A stretch of 64,000 bases of DNA from Octopus vulgaris (Eukaryota). Positions 53,006 to 64,000 of the stretch are shown here, piece after piece (position 1 is the first letter of the stretch; every line of letters begins with the position of its first letter). Where the stretch lies: assembly GCA_951406725.2 (NCBI GenBank), contig OX597815.1, positions 154,938,001-155,002,000 of the forward strand, given 5' to 3'. The position numbers and the translations under genes are program-made. The notes below the pieces were generated by a model. That model had not been told where the DNA came from. It ran no database searches and saw nothing but the letters and a program-made list of their open reading frames with translations.

Positions 53006-53422
53006 GGCGGCGAGCTGGCAGAATCGTTAGCACGCCGGGCGAAATGCTTAGCCGTATTTCGTCTGCCGGTACGTTCTGAGTTCAAATTCCGCCGAGGTCG
53101 ACTTTGCCTTTCATCCTTTCGGTCTCGATAAATTCAGTACCAGTTACGCACTGGGGTCGATATAATCAACTTGATCCGTCTGTCTGTCCTTGTTTGTCCT
53201 CTTTGTGTTTAGCCCCTTGTGGGTAGTAAAGAAATAGGTATTTCGTCTGCCGCTACGTTCTGAGTTAAAATTCTGCCGAGATCGACTTTGCCTTTAATCC
53301 TCTCGGGGTCGATTAAATAAATACCAGTTATGTACTGGAGTCGATATAATCGACTTAATCCGTTTGTCTGTCCTTGTTCGTTCTCTCCGTGTTTAGCCTC
53401 TTGTGGGTAGTAAAGAAATAAG
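53006..53422 (+). mobile_element. OR-like tRNA-derived SINE with tandemly duplicated body
   Basis: GGCGGCGAGCTGGCAGAATCG...GAGTTCAAATTCC; body 53056-53237 repeated 53238-53422. Confidence 0.85.
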
Positions 53423-54739
53423 CATTTTTTGTATACGCGGAAACAATAATTGATAACTGTATAATTACTAATTACGTTTACAATTTGTTACATGTCACCA
53501 TTTAGCTGTTATGCAATAAAAATATTATGTAAAAATAAGATTTTATCCTACAAATAGTGGTATGCATTTTCACTATTTCAATAAACTGCAACTTATTTTT
53601 AACTTTGACCTTTGTGATTTAACTCAACTCACACTTCCTTGTGATTTCTTTTCGTTTGGAACCAAGTTAACATCTCATTTTATCTGTCATGATCTGTGCT
53701 AACTACTAAGTAAAGACCTGTCATTTTGGTTATTAGCAATGAAATTTGACATACTGCAGTCAGTTTAACTTAGATTAGGAAAATATCCTCATCTACCTTA
53801 TGGTAAAACTGGCAGATTTACAGAGAAGCAACTACTAGTCTGATACCAGTGCTTGAACAGCTCCCAGTGCTTATAAAGATTTCTAAGTACATCATAATAT
53901 TTTATATTACTCTAGTATACATTTCGTGCAAAGTAGACATGGTCAAAGAGCAAGCAAATAATTTTTATACCTTATGAATATGAGAAACATTGCTATAGCC
54001 ACTGCAAAACTAAAGGACGTAGATATAAATTGTCGTATAAATAATTTACACGCATGCAGCTGAGATACGCCGTGCTTTACACAAAATTAGAGCTTTGCAT
54101 AAAAAAATATTTACTGCCAAGAGACCACCTAACCAGTCATAACGCAAACAGTTCAGTTCATATCAGAAGTTATTTTAACACCACCACCACTTACAAAACA
54201 TCCCACGTACACAAAGACGATACAAAGCAGTTATCAATAACACTCACCCAGTCCTGCTCTACTGCTAAGGTTACCCTCTCTCGGTAGACGATGTCACTTC
54301 ACAGTGATGATCTTCCTTTATTTTAATGGATGATTGAATTTTTTACAAGATAGGAAATTTCGAGCATGCGGTGAATTCAAATGACCGGTTTGGTGGGAAA
54401 ACATTTAAAGTTATGACGGAAATGTTTTACCAACAGCATGTTATTCATTCTCTAATTCCAAAAGTAGTTATTCGTTCGGCTTATGACCTACTGCCAAACA
54501 AACAATGAGCAACATATAATTGAAACCCCTCACTATCCAGAAGCCCCTCACTGTCAACTCTATATTCAATTCAGTGACCTTTCTCGTAGACCCCTGATCA
54601 AGTAGCCAAGGGCAGTCTTTGAAGTGGTTTCCTTAAACGTAAAAGTCAAGAGTTGTCTCTACTATTTACTGCAAAATATATATAACGAGCCTCAATTTGA
54701 AGGCTTGAAAGAAAACAAACCGAATTTTTGCTCTGAAAA

Positions 54740-55420
54740 TTCCTATTCACCAACATTTTCTGCTACAACAATACTTGCTACTTTGATCAGATTATTTGTT
54801 TCTGTGACATTGTTTGTCCTGATGTATTTCAGAATTTCATTGACATTTTTTCGTTTTTTGGTTCAGTTTCCCTCGATCAACCTTTATAAGGTTGCAAATA
54901 ATGTCGCTATCGTTCTCCTGTAGTCTAACATTTATTCTGTCGTAGATTGCCTTTTGTTCATCTGTCATGCCACTATTAGTTTTATCATCTTCTTTTGGAT
55001 CATCTATATGTCTCTCATCAAGTAAGCTACCACTGCTTCTTGCTTGTGCCAAGAGATTACTCTTATTAGTAAGAACTGTATTTTCATTGTTATTTCTGCT
55101 GCTATTGTCCATGCCCCGTCTTTTGATAGCTTCGAGCTCTACTTCTGGGAACCAACAATTTTACTTATTGCTCTTGCTTGATCACATAGTCTCTGTTCCG
55201 TGAGTTGAAACAATCCCTTTTCTCTCCAATAATCATACATACGTAGTCGGTAACCCCTTATTTTGAGCACCATTTTCATCTACCGAGTTGCTCAGGTAGT
55301 AACACTCCATGACCACAGCATTAATTTGTTTGCTTATCTACGCTGTGTTTGATGGTGTCTTTCTGGATGTCGACAGGCTGGAGCCGGACCAGACTCTCTG
55401 AGCCGACCGAGTGTAACACT
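54740..55420 (-). mobile_element. R4/Dong-like non-LTR element N-terminal remnant
   Basis: Minus strand VMECYYLS..KGYRLRMYDYWREKGLFQLTEQRLCDQARAI..WFPEVELEAIK. Confidence 0.6.
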
Positions 55421-56204
55421 GTCACCATCATTGGCTTCAGTTTCATTACCACCGTTATTCACATTGTTTTGTTTTTTTCATTGTCACTCATATGAGGTAG
55501 CGATTATCAGGTTGCGCAATTACCAGTATTTTTATTGTGATACCATCACTATATGTATCATTAATCAGCCCATGGGTAGGTTCCACCCGTTTCCTTTCAT
55601 TATTATTATTATTATCATCATTGATATCACTGGTATTATTGCTTTTATGTGTAGTAGTAGCAGTGTTTACAGCAACAGCAGCAGTAGCAGGGTTGGAGAT
55701 AGTGGTAAGGGTGGTGGTAGTTGAGCCTCAGATTCATGTGCTATCATAATACTAATAGTTGTAGTATTATTGTAGTATTAGTAGTATTTAGTATCAGCAA
55801 CTGCAGCATATTTTCATTATTTTTATTTTTTTCATTATCACCATTAACAGCACTACCATTGTAGTTGGGCATCAGGTTGGTGAATAGATTATACACTACA
55901 GGTCTATAAATAGATTCGGCAGATGGTGGAGAGGTCAGCCATAGAGACAAAAGGATCTTCGCACCCGTGCGGTTCAGCAGAGGTCAATTGTGTTTACTAC
56001 TACCAGTGGGCTGTGACAACGCTGCCCTGAAAAGAAGCAATTCAACCTGTTCTAGTCCATCGTCCTTTGGTTTTGTTATGGTTTCGTTTTTACGCTCATT
56101 GACATGTGTTGATGTTTCTTTTGTATTCATAATTATTATTCATTTGTAAGCGAGAGACCGAGAAGATACAGCAATATATGTATATATATACACACGCACA
56201 CACA

Positions 56205-56268
<64 letters not shown>

Positions 56269-56460
56269 TATATGAAGAGCGAGAGAGAGAGATGTCTTGT
56301 AGGAATATGGATGTATACGTAATTAAAATATTAAATTTAATATTCTACTCACAAATTTGCAGTAATCATATAGAAATATTGCAATCCATGTGTTTACATT
56401 TTCACACACGTGTTGTGGCGGCGTATTTGAGGGAAGTTATTATTGTCATTTTTTTTTTTT

Positions 56461-56492
<32 letters not shown>

Positions 56493-56621
56493 CGCCAGTT
56501 TCATGAGATGGCTTACATTAGAACATGGTTTCCTTTCATTGTTCTTGTGGATTTTTAATTGCTGGGTCGTGATGGTTTCAGATTTGATTTAATCTTCCCG
56601 GCAGTTCGCTGTCACACGTCC

Positions 56622-56696
<75 letters not shown>

Positions 56697-57099
56697 ATTA
56701 CTATTATTTGTCAGCTTTCTTAAAGACAGAAAACCGTCAACCGTCTTTGTTTTGTTAGGTTTCTGTAGCTATTTGCATTAGTTTTACTTGCTTCTGAAAT
56801 AGGTATTTCTATAGTTTTATGGTGGTTATTTTGTAATAGATTTCTAGCTGCATAAAGTCACTACAACCTTCGATACTTTGTACATATATATAACCTTTTT
56901 ATCTCAGATTTTGGTGGTGCATCCTAAATCGTGTAATTATTTTTCTTGTTTTCCCTTCTATTTTGATTAGTTCATTTAATTTAGAATATTGTAGCTGTTA
57001 CTTATAACTGGGACGGCTAGAGTACTGATACTCATTATATTGCTTTTTGCATTCAGATCAGTTTTCAGTATTAATCGGCAATAGTATTCCTTTCTTATC

Positions 57100-57450
57100 T
57101 TCTCTTTCATTTGCATGTGCTGTATCGTATCTAGTTCATTGATTACTAAATATTTATATATCTGGTTTTGGTCTAACTATCTTATTTCATTTCCTTTATA
57201 TTGTATGATGTTGATATTCTTAACTACTTTTCCTGTTTTTAAGGTTGCATTGACACATTTTTCTAAGCCAGATTTCATGTTTATTTCTATGGTAAATCTA
57301 TGTAGTAATGTTTCCGGAAGTTTATCATTTGTAGCATACAGTTTTAAATCATCCATATACAAGAGATGGTTGATTGTTTTGTCGTAACAGTTGTATCCAC
57401 ATCTATTTCAATTTAGCATGTCAGTGCCGAGCAGAAAAGGAGTGGTGTCT
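57100..57450 (-). mobile_element. R4/Dong-like RT fragment
   Basis: HLLYMDDLKLYA..INMKSGLEKC..TLKTGK. Confidence 0.7.
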
Positions 57451-57487
57451 CTTTGAAATATTCCTCTTCTAATGGGGATGGCTATTA

Positions 57488-57558
<71 letters not shown>

Positions 57559-57578
57559 TGTTATTGTTATTGTTGTTG

Positions 57579-57645
<67 letters not shown>

Positions 57646-57647
<2 letters not shown>

Positions 57648-58125
57648 TCCTTGTTTCTTCAAATATTCTTCCGTTTCTCGCCGAGTGTTTTCCTTACAAC
57701 TTGGGCAAAGAAGCTCATTGTATGCATTCCCTGATTACACACGCAAATTCACAGGTAAAATATGTATTTAAAAAATCAAAAATAAATAAAGTCATGAATA
57801 GATGTTTTCACAGCGATAATGCTCTTCTCAGTAAATGAGTCGTTCAAGTTAACACGATTTTTTGCACTTCCTGTAGGGATTGTAAGCCTGGTATCATTTT
57901 CAAATAGGTTCCAGTACAAATAGGATCCTAAAATCACTGGTACTGTAATCGCCTTGAGATGCCACATTTTTTCAAATTCTATTAGCAAATCTTTATATTT
58001 ATTGATCTTGTCAAATTCTTTCGCCGCTATATTGTGATCGCAAGGAATACGCATGTCAATTAATAAACACACCTTTTTTTGCCTGATCTTTTATAATAAT
58101 ATCCGGTTTATTAGCTTTTATAGTT
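57646..58125 (-). mobile_element. R4/Dong-like restriction-like endonuclease fragment + 3' UTR flanked by (TAA)n
   Basis: ANKPDIIIKD..CLLIDMRIP.D.NI..KEFDKINKYKDL..VPVILGS (PD-D-K REL); (TTA)n at 57483-57645 and 58155-58235. Confidence 0.8.
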
Positions 58126-58168
58126 TAATAGCTTTTTATAGTTTATTAGCTTTTATATTATTATTATG

Positions 58169-58221
<53 letters not shown>

Positions 58222-58484
58222 CATTATTATTATTATCACTATTTTCAGCAGCAGCAATATTATCATCATCATCAGGGTCCTCCTCCTTCGTCCCCCACCA
58301 CCAACTCCTTCTCCCCTCCTCCTCCTCCTCCTCATCATCATCATCTTTATTATCATCGATATCATCTTTAGATGCAGGTCGGTTTGCCATATCGTTTACA
58401 GGTTCTGATATAGATTCTATATAAAAATATTTTGGGGAACGTGAGGTGTGTGTGTGTGTAAGCCTCTGTGTGTAAGTGTGCATG

Positions 58485-58569
<85 letters not shown>

Positions 58570-59049
58570 CTCACAAACACAGATTTATGTTTCTTACACT
58601 TGTGTATGTTTACTAACCTAACACACAAATCAGTGTATATTTACTAACCTATATGCCTATAATTCTTTAATTCCTCTAGTGAGTTTGCTAAGGTTGATCC
58701 GTGTCCGCTACAATGTCGGATCAACACCGGATTTTGCCGATCGATCTAATGTCAAAATGTCTATGCATAATGGTATGCAACAGCTTTACACACGTATGCA
58801 CACATATTGGACTTGTAAATGATTCTACATAGTGTGTAGTTTGGGGAGAGCCGTTGTCCTTGGTTGTGTGGTTATTGCATTTTATTCGCATTGTTATTAA
58901 GTGTTGTTTTCCATTCACTTATTAGCGTAGATTCACATATCTGTCGTAAATTTGTCTCATATGGATATGTGAATACGATGTATATGTCCAATATTATTCA
59001 AGATGCCGACATGTTTATCATGTGCACACCGAGAATACTGACCCTTTTC

Positions 59050-59870
59050 TATTAGTATATTCTCTCCAGAGCACCTCCATTCTCTCAACCAGGTTTCTGA
59101 CAGTTGCCGCTATATATTCTGTGGTCGAGTTCTTGCATTCACTCTTCAATCATATTAACTGATAAACTACGTTCCTCGCTTTACAGTTGATTATAGGAGT
59201 CATACTACACACAATTCATTCCTCATTGATGCATCTAGTCTTATCAAAGGGGTATATGCTACCTAATTGTAATCTAAGGAGTTTTCCCGGTTTCTCTACT
59301 TGTTTAACTCTACGTTTAGCATAACAAAAGGCTTCCCTACACCTACGGGATAATCCTCCCTTAGGTATCGCGTCAATAAACATTACCCCTTGGAACTTGT
59401 CACTGGTGAACCACGTGCTTGCTTTATCAGCCTCTTTACTAATCATATGTAGCCTGTTTTATAGTTTGTTATAATATCTCGGGAGAACGCTATTAGTATC
59501 ATTCCTTAGAATATATTTCTTTAAATGTGTTTCTTTGCCTCTCGTACACTTCAATGCTATTATTTTGATTGTAACGTTAGAAGAACATTTAGTGCATATT
59601 TTGGGGGGTTTCATTTTGCAGGGTTTTCACAAGAGGGATATATTATTCATTAAAATGAGTCTGTTATAAACATATATTTTAAAGTTATTGAGAATTCCTA
59701 TGAACTAAGTACTTAGAAGCCAAACGTTTCGCATAATATTAATCGAGGATCTGTATTTGTTATCTATTATCCTTAGACAGAGTTGAGTATCAAGAGCGGG
59801 GAATCCATAATTTGGGTATATAGTTCAGTAGTCTATTGTCACTTTGATACTTTGGATCCTTTCTGTGGTA
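59050..59870 (-). mobile_element. Old decayed Penelope-like fragment
   Basis: VTID..P..FPALD.. and VMFIDAIPKGGL..VEKPGK.L..L..YPF..C linker patterns typical of PLEs. Confidence 0.5.
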
Positions 59871-60564
59871 CTCTATTCAAATGCGTTAGAATAAGTAAAA
59901 CTCTTACTTAAGTCAGACCCAGAAAGTTATAAGTTAGAGCGCGTGACCACGCATACAAGTGTGTTGCAGGGTAGTAAACATGCATTGATGTGGTAAATCT
60001 ACATCTGCATGTTTCTTTTAGGGTACGTGTGTGTACGCGTAAATGCATGCATTTATATACTTTCCATATACGTCTGTAAAATATACCAATTAGTTAGAGA
60101 AATTCCTTATTACTCACCCCTTTGTGATATTAAAATGAAAGCGAAGACAAGCATAGAACTGTAACAATCTGTGCCATCTCCAAAATAAGCAGTCGTTGAA
60201 CATGATTGCCTATATACGCGAACACAGGCTCTGACATACACTTACACACACACGGTTCATTCATAAAGATAAATATACTAAGCGCTGAATGCATAAATGT
60301 TTAACCACTTAACAGTGTCACAGAATCCAAACTATGGGAAAAACGTGTATTGTTCATGTAGCTTTGTAATTGCTTCTAAACTTTATGTTGATCAATCTAG
60401 AGAATTATCATTATGACCGGATATGCATTTAATGTCGATGATGAGAAGCTAGTTTAAGAAATACAAATACAAGATATTCTCTGGTCTTGAGTCATTATGT
60501 ACTTCTGCCGATTATTGATATATGAATAGAAGTTAATTAGAGCGATAGAAGCAGTATCAATATC

Positions 60565-60770
60565 ATTTCTGCCATATAGACCCAAGGTCTGAAATTTTGG
60601 GGTAGGGTCTAAGTCGATTACACTGATCTGAGTACTCAACTGGTACTTAATTTATCGACACCGAAAGGAAGAAAGGCAAAGTCGACCTCAGCAGAATTTG
60701 AAATCAGACGGACGAAATGCTGCTAAGCATTATTCCCGGCGTGCTAACGATTCTGCCAGCTCGGCGCCTT
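60565..60770 (-). mobile_element. OR-like SINE
   Basis: gaaaggcaaagtcgacctcagcagaatttgaa...gctaacgattctgccagctcggcgcc. Confidence 0.8.
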
Positions 60771-61081
60771 AGAAGAAGCATTAATATCAGTAATATTTCA
60801 CATCGCATAAAACGTGGCCGTTGTGTAAGAACCTTTCATATTGTTTGGTGGTTCATATATGCACTCTTGTTTATATCACTAGGAGGAGACAATCACCACT
60901 ACCAGCACTACCAGATCACGTCATTCGGCCTTCCTTGGCCTTGTCTTCCGCTAGCAATGTAAACAAGCGTGCTTATATGCACCACAGAGCCAGATGAACG
61001 GTTTCTTTTTCGTAGTAACTATTGCCGTATTCTGTGTGCCAACACAACATCAACATGTAAGTCATGATAAATATTACCTTG

Positions 61082-61661
<580 letters not shown>

Positions 61662-61667
61662 TACATA

Positions 61668-61855
61668 TAGCGAGAATTCACAAAAACAAAAGACGAAGTC
61701 AGGTAGTGTAGAAAACAAACAGATGTATTATTTTAACGCTCGGGAAGTGAAAAAGTCATTAACGTTTCGAGCCTACGCTCTTCCACACAGAGGAACGCAG
61801 AAAGAAACAAGGAGATAAAATAACGAATGCGTAGTGGTTAGTGATCTATCATTAT
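61668..61855 (-). mobile_element. Short repeat between (TA)n tracts, also at ~23535-23670; possible PLE end
   Basis: Shared 'aaaaacaaaagacgaag.caggt..acgtttcgag'; minus strand GAGC-gtag-GCTC-GAAACG hammerhead-like half. Confidence 0.5.
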
Positions 61856-62814
61856 ATATATATATATATATATATACCTCTCTGTATACGATGAACTTCG
61901 GTAGTAGACGGAGTATGGAATGTTCTTCCGATTCGATTGTAGTATCTCCATAGATGTTCACATTATTGTCCCTGCAGAATTTACCCGTTACATACATACA
62001 TACATTCATACATACATACATACATACATATATACGTACGTACGTACATACATACATACATACAAACATACATGTATGCATGCATACATGCATACATACA
62101 TGCATGCACACATATATACATATATGCATACATGCATATATGTATATATGAAAGAGAGAGGGAAAGAGAGAGACAGAGACAGAGACAGACAGACAGACAT
62201 TTGTTATTCTATGCTGTATTAAACAATTTTGCTATTAACATGGCTCTTGTTTCAATTTTTTTTCTATATTGAAATATAATTTATATTTTTGCCAAATCAA
62301 TTTCGTACTGCTGTTTTGTATCTTATCTTATATTCTTTAATCAAATAATAAACACCTTGCAAATTTTGCGGCATTTGCTTTTTACTGTCCCGATTGTTTT
62401 AACCTTTTTTTCTTTTGAATATATTGATTATAGCTTTAAAAAAAAAACAAACGCAAACTTGTTGAATTTTGCGATTCGAACTCTACAGTATCAGAACCAA
62501 CAAACGTTTTTCATTTTGTCTTTTTTGTTTTACATTATAATGATATAAAAATTATTTTAAATATAACCATAAAGAATCCCCGTCGAATATTTGATTGTTG
62601 TATTTTTATATAAAGTATCAGTAACTTTAGAAATTGTACAGTTATTTAGAAAAATGTTTAATTGTCGACAGTGTATAGAAAATTATTAAATACATAGTTT
62701 CTTTCGCGAAATATTTGTTTTGAAGTGTGTCCTTTAAATATATATATATATATATATATATTTGGGCGGGCACAAAACGATAGAAAAATGTATGTGAATA
62801 TATATTCAGACTCT

Positions 62815-62960
62815 TTAATTTCTCGGTTCAAATCCTGCTAAGGTCAACTTTACCTTTGCGGGCCAATGAAATAAAGTACCAGTCAAGTACTTGAATTGAT
62901 TTGATAGAATATGAATGACTCTACTTCGTCAAAAGTGCTGGCCTTGTACCTAAATTAGAA
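62815..62960 (+). mobile_element. Decayed OR-like SINE fragment
   Basis: ggttcaaatcctgctaaggtcaactttaccttt..aagtaccagtcaagtac..ggccttgtacctaaattagaaa. Confidence 0.55.
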
Positions 62961-63279
62961 ACAAAATTTAGGTCAAAAAGGAAACGTGGCTGCTAAAAGA
63001 ATTTTCTGTATGCAGCCGTCTAGACGAAGTATACTGGCCCACTTCTATTCGTGTTTCTATTGTAACTACGTTATTAAAATTACTGAGAATGTGTAGAATG
63101 AATAATGCATTCTGTACATACGTAATTATATGTCGTTTATTATAAACTATCCTCTATGTGAAAAGTCTAGCTGCATACACGTTAGCATATGTCAGGTGCA
63201 TACAATTGACAACACAGTTAATTAAGATTTATTCAGTGAGTTCTATTCAATACATGGAATTAGCAGAATCATTATCAAC

Positions 63280-63470
63280 TTTAGAAGGCTCGCAGTTGAG
63301 GTGAACAAATTAGTGAGAGAGATAGACTGGCAACGAGACATGAATTGCACGAAGCCGTCTTGCAGTCTTGGGAAGAGCTACTTGAGCGGAAAATTCGTGG
63401 ATGTATTTAACATCAAACTCGTGTTCGGCGTCAAATAGTTGACTGTCGTGGTGGTAACAGACTCGTGTAA
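63280..63470 (+). mobile_element. Tc1-like transposase C-terminal remnant
   Basis: ELHEAVLQSWEEL..I..C...RVRRQIVDCRGG resembles Tc1 'L..A...W..I......RR...VI...GG'. Confidence 0.5.
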
Positions 63471-64000
63471 TAAATTTTGTGTTTATTTTTCGGATGCAAG
63501 AGTTTAAGAGACGAGTATGGAACGAAATCACTAACATTATCTCTAATATTTGTTCTGCCAAAATACGACTACGTTGGCAATACTTAAGTCGTAATATGCT
63601 GTTGCGCGACCTTATTTCGTTTCAGAGAAATGTTCATATAACCGAAACTGAACCCACAATCTAAGTGATAGCAGTGTTCCACTGACCTATGGATTCTTGA
63701 AAAGTATACCAGTAATAACTTTCTACCCTGTTTAATTTTAAATGTTTTATTTCCTATTCAATTTTCACACAGAAATAATTTATATCTTCGATTACTTTCC
63801 ATAGCTTACCAATGAGCTGTCTCGATAAAATAAATGTCGTATGTATTAACAGATTATTTCTTCAATTTCCTTCCATAGTAAAGTATTCCATCATACGTGT
63901 TAGACATAATATTATAGATTGCATAAAGAATGGTAATGGCTGCATTAGGTTTGAAAATAAGGAAAATATATCCAACAAATTATTAGTTTTCTAGTTTCTC

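Overview
This is AT-rich, microsatellite-dense eukaryotic DNA. Its tRNA-derived SINE families resemble those of octopus/coleoid cephalopods (recognised from memory, not from a search). No intact host coding exon is evident. The first ~180 bp look like a promoter/first exon (ETS site, RFX X-box, splice donor), so the rest may be one large intron. The window is dominated by Penelope-like retroelements (PLEs, RT + GIY-YIG) of several families inserted in (TA)n tracts. Many are fold-back structures: (TA)n - inverted 3' end - body - 3' end - unpaired tail - (TA)n. They carry more than 10 minimal hammerhead ribozyme motifs, two with a U3:A8 covariant core. The most striking feature is a cryptic ~870-bp hairpin (10392-11265) in the 3' region of a PLE. 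Both arms are heavily A-to-G converted on the same strand, and the conversion stops at the hairpin edge. This fits ADAR hyper-editing written back into DNA by retrotransposition. Also present: a decayed RTE LINE, R4/Dong-like fragments beside (TAA)n, mariner/Tc1/MULE remnants and many SINEs. Most ORF-track entries are microsatellite translations. All coordinates and alignments were made by eye.
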